DNA of 39,560 nt from Candidatus Hadarchaeota archaeon (GCA_964514945.1 CAZESD010000004.1:1-39560), one strand, 5' to 3'; positions 17,947 to 25,994 are shown, counted from the stretch's first letter. Translations and numbers: made by a program. Notes: a model not told the origin generated them from the sequence alone.

Positions 17947-18510
17947 TTATATTATTTTTCTCAATTGGGCCAAGTAGGGCTCAAGCCTCCGCGAAAATTC
18001 CTGCCCATCGGTCCAGTCAAGGACAATAAACCCCTCAATCACGCGTAAGATGTGCCGCGCCTGTTCAGCAAACTCAGGAGTCAACTTCCTCTGTCTACCC
18101 GTGCTTAGAAGTTCATCCATTTCGGTGGTGATCTTCGCCCGTTCTCGCCCAAGCACGATATAACCAGCGAGCGCCTCCTCCATCGCGCGCGCTCTAAGCT
18201 CGGGAGGCAGGATAGCTTGGAAGCTGTGAAGTTCCATGGGCTGCCACTTGGGGTTCGAGAAAAAATCTTCCAAACGGGGGGCCGCCAGCTCTGGGACAGC
18301 AATGACACTCTTTCCAAGTTTTAAGTGGGGAATTGCTCCAAGCAGACCCCGCGCAATGTGGGTGTAAATTTTTGTGGTACCATCTTTTTTGTTTCGCTTC
18401 GTGGAGCTTGAGTACCCGAAAAGCTTGCGGTAAAAAAGCGTCTTGCGGGTGCCTGTAAATCCAATGTCAAAGCTGAATACCCTTGCAAGAGTTCTTTCTC
18501 GCCCTTCCAC
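17947..18510 (-). CDS. Hypothetical protein; N-terminal half resembles a Cas2/VapD-like ferredoxin fold
   Basis: 187-aa ORF with BRE/TATA upstream (minus GATAAAAATTTAAATA, 18556-18541). Pattern FSFDI..FYRKLFGY..GLL..LGKSVIAVP..LEDFF. Fold assignment is an impression. Confidence 0.55.
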   Translation of the reverse strand: MEGRERTLARVFSFDIGFTGTRKTLFYRKLFGYSSSTKRNKKDGTTKIYTHIARGLLGAIPHLKLGKSVIAVPELAAPRLEDFFSNPKWQPMELHSFQAILPPELRARAMEEALAGYIVLGRERAKITTEMDELLSTGRQRKLTPEFAEQARHILRVIEGFIVLDWTDGQEFSRRLEPYLAQLRKII

Positions 18511-18517
18511 ACGACCA

Positions 18518-18635
18518 ACCCCTTGATTTCCACTGCAACTTATTTAAATTTTTATCACTTTTTATGATACTATTGTAACAGTATTATTGTAATCGGTTTA
18601 TTTATTTAGTTAACATCCACACGAAATAAAGGGGT
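18518..18635. promoter_or_regulatory. Inverted pair of ORB (Orc1/Cdc6-binding) elements around a 76-bp AT-rich spacer
   Basis: Minus strand GTTGCAGTGGAAATCAAGGGGT (18539-18518) and plus strand TCCACACGAAATAAAGGGGT (18616-18635), both close to the TCCAnnnGAAAY..AGGGG ORB pattern. Confidence 0.6.
18565..18583. repeat. 19-bp repeat copy 2 (TGATACTATTGTAACAGTA)
   Basis: Direct repeat of 17925-17943 with one mismatch. Confidence 0.7.
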
Positions 18636-18692
18636 CACACATCTCCAACAAAAGCTTTTAGCTGTCCAGTATACTTTTCGAGTGGTGATCAA

Positions 18693-19697
18693 ACGGAGGT
18701 AAAGGAGCGCTTCGAGCGCGCGGCTCGAGGCACGAGTGAGGTAGTAACAGAAACCGAACTCCGCAAACTACTGGATAAAGAGAAACTTACAGTCTACTGC
18801 GGCTACGAACCCTCTGGAAAAATCCATTTTGGGCACGCGCTGTCCGTGCAAAAACTTATAGATTTTCAGAAATTGGGAGCGCGCGTGGTTGTGTTGCTTG
18901 CAGATTTGCACGCGTATCTCAATGATAAGGGAACACTTGAGGAAATTCGCCGGGTGGCCGAGTACAATAAACATTGTTTCATTGCGTTGGGCCTCGACCC
19001 CGAACGTACGGAGTTCTTGCTCGGGTCCGACTTTCAGTTAAAGCCCGAGTTCATGATGGATGTACTTCGGATGGCCACAAGTACAACGTTGTTTCGGGCG
19101 CATCGCTCAATGACCGAGATAGCGCGCCATCTAAAGGATCCGGATGTGGCACAGGTGCTCTACCCTCTCATGCAAGCAGTAGATATAGCTCACCTAAACG
19201 TCGAGGTGGCGGTCGGGGGCATTGACCAGCGGAAGGTGCACATGGTCGCGCGGGAGAAATTACCAGCTTTAGGTTATCAAAAACCGGTCTGCGTACACAT
19301 GCCCCTGCTTCATGGCTTGGACGGGGCCGCCAAAATGTCTTCGTCAAAAGGCAACTTCATCGCTATCGACGATGAACCTTCAGTAATCAAGAAAAAGGTG
19401 ATTAAAGCATTTTGTCCGCTGAGGCAAACGAAAGATAATCCAATAATTGAATACGTTGAGCATGTTATCTTTCCCGCTCTCGGCAAGCTGGAGGTTAGTA
19501 GGCAGGCGAAGTACGGAGGTCCGCTTGAAGTAGAGGATGCAACAAAGCTCCGAAAGCTGTACTCGTCCGGCAAACTTCACCCCACAGACCTGAAAGCGGC
19601 AGTTGTTGAGGCACTAATTCGGGTGCTCGAGCCGGTTAGGCGATATTTTGAGGAGCACCCAGACACAAAACTTGCGCAACCATCCCCAGTTCTTTGA
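18693..19697 (+). CDS. tyrS: Tyrosyl-tRNA synthetase (archaeal type)
   Basis: The frame is open upstream of the track start and encodes EVKERFE..EVVTE.EL..YCGYEPSGKIHFGH (HIGH motif); YPLMQAVD, GGIDQ and KMSSS follow. Start placed at ACG 18693 after SD GGTGAT. Confidence 0.93.
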   Translation, partial: TEVKERFERAARGTSEVVTETELRKLLDKEKLTVYCGYEPSGKIHFGHALSVQKLIDFQKLGARVVVLLADLHAYLNDKGTLEEIRRVAEYNKHCFIALGLDPERTEFLLGSDFQLKPEFMMDVLRMATSTTLFRAHRSMTEIARHLKDPDVAQVLYPLMQAVDIAHLNVEVAVGGIDQRKVHMVAREKLPALGYQKPVCVHMPLLHGLDGAAKMSSSKGNFIAIDDEPSVIKKKVIKAFCPLRQTKDNPIIEYVEHVIFPALGKLEVSRQAKYGGPLEVEDATKLRKLYSSGKLHPTDLKAAVVEALIRVLEPVRRYFEEHPDTKLAQPSPVL

Positions 19698-19765
19698 TTT
19701 AGTTAAAATTAAAACAATATTTATGTTTTTAAGCCTGTGTTGTCAATAAACTTGGGGGTTGAAAT

Positions 19766-20590
19766 TTGCGTGTTAGGCCACGTTCGATAGTGATTGCCTC
19801 AGGCAAAGGTGGGACGGGGAAGACCACCCTCACGGCGAATCTCGGAGTGGCATTGGGTGTGCTCGGGCGCGATGTAACGATCCTCGACGGCGACCTCGCG
19901 ATGGCAAACTTGGGAATAATCATGGGGATGCACAAGTGTGAAGTGAGTTTTTTAGATGTTCTAACCGGAAAAGCCGATGTTAAAGACGTAATTTACGAGA
20001 ATCATGGCATAAAAGTTGTCCCAACTGGTTTTCGTTTTGAAGATGTACATGACGTGCTCTCGAAGGTGAAGCGCGAGCGCGTCGAGGAAATTGTCGAAAA
20101 GTTTCTGCGGCAAACCGAATTACTTCTAATCGATGCACCCGCCGGGATAGCCGACGCGACGATAATTTCAATTGCGGCCGCTCGCGAAATGTTGCCTGTT
20201 TGTAACCCAACTTACACGAGCCTCGTTGACTGCCACAAGACAATCCGCTTGGCAAATGTGCTCGGCTCTTGGGCTCGGGGTCTCGTCGTCAACCGCACTG
20301 GTAAGACAGCGGATCTTTCAACAGGTGAGGTCGAGCAGTTCATGGGCCGTACGCTTGGCGCGATGCCAGTGCTTGCAGATATTCCCGAGGATTCAAAGGT
20401 CCAGGAAGCAGAGCGCGAGGGGATCCCAGTTGTTGTGTACGAACCTGAATGTGAAGCATCAGTCGCGATTAACGAGCTTGCAAAAGTTGTGGCTGGTGAG
20501 GCGGACTTGCCCTACGTGCCCTACGAAGATCGTGCTGTGGAGGAGACCACCAACAGACTAATCCGAGCGCTTACTGGACGGCGGGTCTGA
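19766..20590 (+). CDS. minD: MinD/ParA-family ATPase
   Basis: Deviant Walker A SGKGGTGKTT, DGDLAMANL, LIDAPAG, VVNR, IPED. Confidence 0.88.
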   Translation: MRVRPRSIVIASGKGGTGKTTLTANLGVALGVLGRDVTILDGDLAMANLGIIMGMHKCEVSFLDVLTGKADVKDVIYENHGIKVVPTGFRFEDVHDVLSKVKRERVEEIVEKFLRQTELLLIDAPAGIADATIISIAAAREMLPVCNPTYTSLVDCHKTIRLANVLGSWARGLVVNRTGKTADLSTGEVEQFMGRTLGAMPVLADIPEDSKVQEAEREGIPVVVYEPECEASVAINELAKVVAGEADLPYVPYEDRAVEETTNRLIRALTGRRV

Positions 20591-20660
20591 TACATTAGGC
20601 TGGAGTCCAGACCAAATCCTCTCAGAGTAAACCTATTTCTTCAAACCAGTTGGCATTTTG

Positions 20661-20678
20661 TTGTTATAAATATAACAA
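20661..20678. promoter_or_regulatory. Perfect palindrome overlapping a TATA box (candidate operator)
   Basis: TTGTTATA-AA-TATAACAA upstream of the macrodomain gene. Confidence 0.45.
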
Positions 20679-20730
20679 GTCAACAACAAGTTCATTTTAA
20701 GATGTGGGGCGAAAATCTATTGGAGTGAAG

Positions 20731-21249
20731 ATGTTTAAAATTGAAAACTTGACGATTATCGTAAAACGAGGGGACTTGACAAGGCAAAAAGCCGATGCGA
20801 TATGCAACCCCGCAAACAGCCTGATGCATATGGGTGGCGGGGCCGCGGGAGCGCTGAAGCACGTTGGCGGCGAGGAGATCGAGCGGGAAGCCTTAAAGCA
20901 CGCTCCAGTGCCGGTCGGAAAAGCGATTGCGACAACTGCGGGCAAACTTCAAGCGCGATGGGTCGTGCACGCCCCAACGATGGAGCGCCCGGTGATGCAG
21001 ATAACGAGTGAAAAGGTCTATTTTGCAACGAAGGCGGCGCTCGAACGCGCAGATAACATTGGTGCTAGAAGTTTAGTATTCCCAGGTATGGGAACAGGCG
21101 TCGGAGGAGTTTCGGAAGAAGCTGCTGCAGGAGCAATGGTCCGCGCGATAAGGGATTTTATCCAAGTCGCGAAGACGCTTAAAGAGATAATACTATGTGA
21201 CAGAAATAAAGAAATGGCTGATGCTTGGAGCAAGGAATTGTCTAAATGA
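20731..21249 (+). CDS. Macrodomain protein (ADP-ribose binding/hydrolase)
   Basis: GDLT..ADAICNPANS..MGGGAAGAL, VVHAPTM, FPGMGTGVGG. Start moved to ATG 20731 after GGAGTGA. Confidence 0.92.
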   Translation: MFKIENLTIIVKRGDLTRQKADAICNPANSLMHMGGGAAGALKHVGGEEIEREALKHAPVPVGKAIATTAGKLQARWVVHAPTMERPVMQITSEKVYFATKAALERADNIGARSLVFPGMGTGVGGVSEEAAAGAMVRAIRDFIQVAKTLKEIILCDRNKEMADAWSKELSK

Positions 21250-21332
21250 TAAAACTTCAAGGCTTAACCCGCAAGTTCGACGGGCTCACTGCGGTCGATG
21301 ACTTGACGTTTGAGGTGAAGGAGGGTTCGTAA
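21246..21332 (+). pseudogene. N-terminal remnant of an ABC-transporter ATPase
   Basis: MIKLQGLTRKFDGLTAVDDLTFEVKEGS*, coupled to the macro gene (ATGA); ends before Walker A. Confidence 0.7.
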
Positions 21333-21487
21333 GGCCACAAAATGGATATGTGAACCCTTGTGATGGTTCCACCAAACAAAAGGATAAATAAACCATGGCC
21401 CATAACCTCGTGGATCACCTCTCCTAGGATCTTCATAATGAAACCAATGGAGAGAAATATGGATAAAAACTTCATACGATTCTTCAT
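21257..21487 (-). pseudogene. Truncated membrane metallopeptidase-like (M50-type) fragment
   Basis: Hydrophobic N-terminus with IHEVMGHG..LFGG; after about 55 codons it runs into the antisense of the ABC remnant. Confidence 0.55.
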
Positions 21488-21571
21488 TTACTCGCCCTAC
21501 GTTTGAATCACCTTCTCCAGCTAAAGTTCTCTATGCTTCTCGAGATCGGAGGCTTCCTGCTTGATTCTATT

Positions 21572-22963
21572 CTAAGTTACGAGCTCCGCGAGCGTGTCAC
21601 GATTTATTGCCCTCTTTATCTCAAGCGCAATTCTGTCTCCCATGCTCATTCTTCTCTGATATTTCGCGTTCGCGTATTTTGAGCCGATTCCCAGATGAGT
21701 GTTAGTCCCTCCCCCATGTCTCAATGCAACATCTTGTGTTACCGGAGTGTGCATGAAGACCTCCGATCCCTCTGGAACATCATACAAACCTAAATTCACC
21801 CCGCTGATGACCCCCATTTTGGTCCACGTTATTAAAGTTTGCAAACACCACGCCCCGAGAATCCCGGGCGGTTCATGGACCTGGGTTGCCTTTAGGAAAG
21901 CGTTGGCAGTTTTGTGGACATCTTTCAATAAGGACTCTCTAATGGAAATATCCACGTGAAATGTAACCTCAAAACTAAGTGGATACGGTGTCTTACTCCA
22001 ATCCGCTTTTAATTGGACATCAGCTGGCAGCCTTATGACGCCGTCGTGGGTAGCCTCTCTCCTTTCATCAATTGATAGGAATTCATTAGCTAAGCACGAT
22101 CGAGCCTCTTCTATGGGCGCGTTATAGATTTCCGCATATGCTTTTTCGGCGTCCCCCCAACTTTCTTTTGCGTTCAGCGGAGAGAAGAAATAATTGAAAT
22201 TGGCATGGGGGCCAGGAACGTATTCTTCAATTCTTGCTATTTTCAAACCATCCTCATCTATATTTCCAGCTTCAACTTCTCTTTTGAGTTTTTCTTCTAG
22301 ATCCTCTGAATTGGCGGCAAAAATAAAAGATCTTTCGTATTGCCTGTGTTTTAATTCGGTTTTTAAAATCAGCGGCTGTTCAATTTTTTTCTTAAATTTT
22401 ATCTCGTCTTTTTTTATTTCAACTTCAAAAGATTTTGGGGTGGGGATTCCGGCCTGTTGGGCAAACCAATAGTAATCTTTTTCTATTTCCCCACGATTTT
22501 CTATTTTCAAAAGTTTTCTTGAGCCGACGATGGGGACTGCAAAATCGTTTTCGATCACGCTGCATTTTTCATCTCCTCCGACATAAACGCTGAAAGCCCT
22601 ATTGGGGACCTGAAGGCATTCTAAATCGATTAAATCATCGACAAACTTTACAATATCAGAATACTTGTCCAAGATAAGGATCGCTTGTTTAAATTTTTTC
22701 TTCTTAAGATCGGCTATATCTTTGACTACAACCATATCTCGTCTTACGACGGCCGGCAAATCGTCGACGACTTCTTTTGACTTCCCGACCATCGGGTTTT
22801 GAAGGTAAATTATGGCTCTTTGCGGCGTGGTGTAAATTAAATACGGCAAATCATAATTTCTCGCACCCGCCGCAGCATCTAGAGCGGAATGGGAGCCCAA
22901 AATTAGAACCTTGGGATCTTTAAATTTTTGTGCTGCCTTTTGCATCTCCTTTCTTTCAATCAT
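21572..22963 (-). CDS. purP: PurP-family ATP-grasp protein (formate-AICAR ligase-like)
   Basis: LGSHSALD, VPNRAF, RIEEYV.G..NFNYFFSP, LSIDERRE, IRESLL, MSMGDRIALEIK. Start likely ATG 22963 (SD GGAG). Confidence 0.8.
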   Translation of the reverse strand: MIERKEMQKAAQKFKDPKVLILGSHSALDAAAGARNYDLPYLIYTTPQRAIIYLQNPMVGKSKEVVDDLPAVVRRDMVVVKDIADLKKKKFKQAILILDKYSDIVKFVDDLIDLECLQVPNRAFSVYVGGDEKCSVIENDFAVPIVGSRKLLKIENRGEIEKDYYWFAQQAGIPTPKSFEVEIKKDEIKFKKKIEQPLILKTELKHRQYERSFIFAANSEDLEEKLKREVEAGNIDEDGLKIARIEEYVPGPHANFNYFFSPLNAKESWGDAEKAYAEIYNAPIEEARSCLANEFLSIDERREATHDGVIRLPADVQLKADWSKTPYPLSFEVTFHVDISIRESLLKDVHKTANAFLKATQVHEPPGILGAWCLQTLITWTKMGVISGVNLGLYDVPEGSEVFMHTPVTQDVALRHGGGTNTHLGIGSKYANAKYQRRMSMGDRIALEIKRAINRDTLAELVT

Positions 22964-23074
22964 TTTATTGACTCCTTTGCCGCAAATGCGGTCTTCAATC
23001 ATTTATACCTTTCTACTCCTGGTTCTGCGTTAATTTTGGGGTAAAGGACTTCTTGAACCTATCTTAAAAAGAAC

Positions 23075-23416
23075 CTAAAACAACGGTTTCTTTCGGATTA
23101 CCGAATAAGTAATATCAGCTAGTGCTGCGGCACCCGCCAGAAGTATAATTATGCCCCCAAGGGTTAACGAGAACACATAATATCCCAGAACCCCTACTGT
23201 AAAGAGACAGAATCTGTGGAGAATTCTCAGCTTTACATAAGGAGCAACGTGCAGGAGGGGGGTCAAAAAGGCTAGAAAAAAGAAGCCCCCTGTGACGACT
23301 GATTTAGAGTCGATTATGCTAATGCCATAAACCATCAGCACAAGCCCCATGACGCAAAAAATGAGGGGAAGAATCGGGTACCCTCTCCATGTCAGTATAT
23401 TTATCTTTGATGTCAT
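23075..23416 (-). CDS. Small multi-pass membrane protein, unknown function
   Basis: 113 aa, about four hydrophobic segments; SD GGAG and TATA-like TTATATA upstream. Confidence 0.6.
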   Translation of the reverse strand: MTSKINILTWRGYPILPLIFCVMGLVLMVYGISIIDSKSVVTGGFFFLAFLTPLLHVAPYVKLRILHRFCLFTVGVLGYYVFSLTLGGIIILLAGAAALADITYSVIRKKPLF

Positions 23417-23471
23417 TTGTCGACGTCTCCTGTCTTATCCTATTTGCAGGAAATATATAATTTTTTAGATG

Positions 23472-24527
23472 TCAAGATGTATTTTTCTCGCTCAAATACC
23501 TTCGATATTCTTTTACTGTATTGGCGAGGCTTGAAACATCAAATAAATTAAGCCCAGTGCATTCGTTTGTTGCTGCCATGTACATGTCGCATATTATCTT
23601 TTTCAAACCTAGATCTAATCTCGACGGTTGAGACCTGCACAAACTTTTCCAGTCCTTGATCCCTTTAACATCGGCTTCCCTTTTCGCTTCTTCTACGTCT
23701 TTGTACCACTTCGTCTTTCTGTAGTACTGCCTTGCAATTTCCTTGCTCACGTGTAAACCTTCGTAAGTAAACCTGCATTCGTCCAAGGTGCCGATGACAT
23801 CCACGACGATTAATTTTCTATTGCCATCGAATGCTAACTCGATTTTTCCATCATCATTTTGTAGGTTAGCCCTTGCAGCAATTTTTGAAATCAAATTGTT
23901 TGTGTGGGATAATTTATTTTTAATTTCTTCTACCTCTTCATCGGTTAGGCTGGCAATTCTTTGCGCTTCTGACCATGTGATGTATCGATCCCTTTCTTCT
24001 AATTTTGTGCTCACATCAAAGAAAGGCTTTTCAAGTTTTTTTCCTGGTTTGGGGTAGTGGTTCAATCCTAGGTCCTCATAACTGATTTGACCGTTCTTAA
24101 GCCTTCTGAAAATGCTTGAACCTTCAGGTAAGCTGTTTCTATACATGATCTCCATCGGTATCAAAAAATTTACCAAGTCATGTGTAAACACGCTATAATC
24201 GTAATTGATACCACTTCCTTTTTTCGGGCGAATTACCCGAACTAGATTTATCTCCATGATATTAGTCGGCTCATGCAGTTCGTCGATTCTGACAACCTTT
24301 CCATCTCGTTCTACTATGCCTTGATAATGGGTTTTTATTCCTTTTTCCTCCGCTTTTTCGAAACAGTAAGCACCCATTATACACAAAGCAGCTCCCTTGT
24401 TGAGGAGGTGATCTGGCATCTCTCCCCAGTCGAACACAGAGTAGCGGTCCGAAAAGTGAAACCTGCCGATTCCCATTTTATTGCCTTCTGGCTGGCTTAA
24501 AATTTCCAGATCTTTCACGCTTCCCGT
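23472..24527 (-). CDS. purC: SAICAR synthetase
   Basis: FSDRYSVFDWGEMPD, KG..LC, STKLE..DRY, DGKIE, DVIGTLDECRF, SKE. The family N-terminus (M)GSVKDL is encoded from ACG at 24527. Confidence 0.93.
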   Translation of the reverse strand, partial: TGSVKDLEILSQPEGNKMGIGRFHFSDRYSVFDWGEMPDHLLNKGAALCIMGAYCFEKAEEKGIKTHYQGIVERDGKVVRIDELHEPTNIMEINLVRVIRPKKGSGINYDYSVFTHDLVNFLIPMEIMYRNSLPEGSSIFRRLKNGQISYEDLGLNHYPKPGKKLEKPFFDVSTKLEERDRYITWSEAQRIASLTDEEVEEIKNKLSHTNNLISKIAARANLQNDDGKIELAFDGNRKLIVVDVIGTLDECRFTYEGLHVSKEIARQYYRKTKWYKDVEEAKREADVKGIKDWKSLCRSQPSRLDLGLKKIICDMYMAATNECTGLNLFDVSSLANTVKEYRRYLSEKNTS

Positions 24528-24641
24528 TTTTATTCCCCCATTATTTCTGGAGAATTACTGCATTTATATCTAAATTTAGGTGTGCAAAATTGAATAGGCG
24601 TCGGAAGCCTACTTAAGCAGCAGAAGGGAAAGGAATTTTAC

Positions 24642-25963
24642 AGAACTCTCGGTGAGAAAGCCCTCGACTTCAGAGTGAGGGATGAATCGTCGAACATTTT
24701 CGATGGGACATGAAAAACTGTGAAAAAGTGCCCAAAAATCGGCTCAGCGAGACGATCTGGCTGCGTTTAGAGGTCCTTTATAGGGTTTATAAATTACTTT
24801 TGACGACCTCTCCCCGAAAATCGCTTGAGTTAGCGTGATTGAAGAGAGATTGGTGGCCGTGTGCATGTGCAGAAAACCGTCAAGGCGAAGGTCGTGGGAC
24901 TGACCCGCATCAAACGTGGCATACTCGACCACGAATACGACGGACTCCAGCGGTTCTTGCAGGGGGATTCCAGCGCCGAACTCTACTCGGCAAACAAACA
25001 GCAGGCGAAGCGGTTCTACAAGCGCGTCAAACCCGGACGAGAATATCCGCTCTCCATCCGAAAGGACCTCATCCGAGTCGAGCGGCGCGATACAAAAATC
25101 GCCCGCTACTGGGTCCGCATCCCGGTCAAACTTCGCAGCGGTGGCGTCTGGGTAGCCGTCAAGCCCCATTGTGAAATCACCGCTGACCTCGAAATCTGTG
25201 AGTCCAAGCTGCTCAGGTGGAACGGCGAATATTTCCTGCACCTCGTCGTGAAACGCGAGGTTGAGATTAAAACCTCCTACTCCTCGGTTCTTGCCATAGA
25301 CTTGGGAATCCGACATGTGGCGTGTTCTGTGGACACCCAATCGGGCAAGACCCACTTCTACAGGCGGAAGCTGAGGCGAGTAAGGGGACACTACTTCCAC
25401 CTGCGACGCAAGCTTGGGAGGAAGAAACTGCTGAAAGTGGTGAAGCGAATCGGCGACAAAGAGAGCCGCATCACGAACGACCAGCTGCACAAAATCGCCA
25501 AGGCAATCGTGGACGAGGCGGAGGGGCTGAACGCAATCATCGCAATCGGGAATCCAAAGAGCATAAGAAAAAATGGTAAAGGGCGAAGGTTCAACCGAAA
25601 GCTGAACTCTTGGCCGTTCTGGAAACTCCAGCGATACATCAAGTACAAGGCGAACTGGCGGGGCATCCGAGTGATTGATGTAAACGAAGCCTACACCTCT
25701 CAGCGGTGTTGTAGAAGTAGGTGCGGTGCAATCGGAGTGCGAAGTGGAAAACATTTCGGATTGTTCGAGTGCCTCCGATGCGGATTGAAAGAGAACGCGG
25801 ACAGGAACGGTGCCTTCAACATAGGCAGACGAGCCTTGGGGCAGGTCTCCAAGGTAGGGGCTGTCGTGAACCAGCCCAGAACTGGGGCATTGTTCAGCGA
25901 ACTTGGTAGTGTCGTTCAATGTTCGACCCCAGAAGCCACCATTTTTAAAGGGTGGTAGTTCAC
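24642..25963 (+). mobile_element. IS200/IS605-family element, tnpB only (IS1341-like), both ends intact
   Basis: Left end: TTAC (24638-24641), 15 nt, guide AAAG, hairpin CCCTC..GAGGG (24661-24681). Right end: guide GAAG, hairpin CCACC..GGTGG (25936-25955), TAGTTCAC ending at 25963. No tnpA ORF. Confidence 0.85.
24861..25958 (+). CDS. tnpB: TnpB RNA-guided endonuclease
   Basis: RuvC-I LAIDLG, LHKIAKAIV, W.F..L...I.YKA, VNEAYTSQRC, Zn finger, RuvC-III NADRNGAFNI. Confidence 0.93.
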   Translation: MHVQKTVKAKVVGLTRIKRGILDHEYDGLQRFLQGDSSAELYSANKQQAKRFYKRVKPGREYPLSIRKDLIRVERRDTKIARYWVRIPVKLRSGGVWVAVKPHCEITADLEICESKLLRWNGEYFLHLVVKREVEIKTSYSSVLAIDLGIRHVACSVDTQSGKTHFYRRKLRRVRGHYFHLRRKLGRKKLLKVVKRIGDKESRITNDQLHKIAKAIVDEAEGLNAIIAIGNPKSIRKNGKGRRFNRKLNSWPFWKLQRYIKYKANWRGIRVIDVNEAYTSQRCCRSRCGAIGVRSGKHFGLFECLRCGLKENADRNGAFNIGRRALGQVSKVGAVVNQPRTGALFSELGSVVQCSTPEATIFKGW

Positions 25964-25980
25964 ATCTAAATTAACGTATA
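25800..25980 (+). ncRNA. Predicted omega/reRNA (scaffold overlapping the tnpB 3' end plus flank-derived guide)
   Basis: Inferred from established TnpB biology: the scaffold ends at TCAC 25963 and the guide begins ATCTAAATTAACGTAT. The 5' boundary is a guess. Confidence 0.5.
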
Positions 25981-25994
25981 AGGATGGGAGACTT

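Noticed and set aside
24547-24574. Possible Xer dif site (TTATATCTAAA resembles a Thermococcales dif arm as I recall it)
   Set aside because: The partner arm 6 nt away does not match, the sequence doubles as the purC TATA region, and it lies near a probable origin.
24744-25919. 391-aa antisense ORF over tnpB
   Set aside because: Shadow of tnpB with no recognisable motifs; not a TnpA (no HUH/Tyr pattern).
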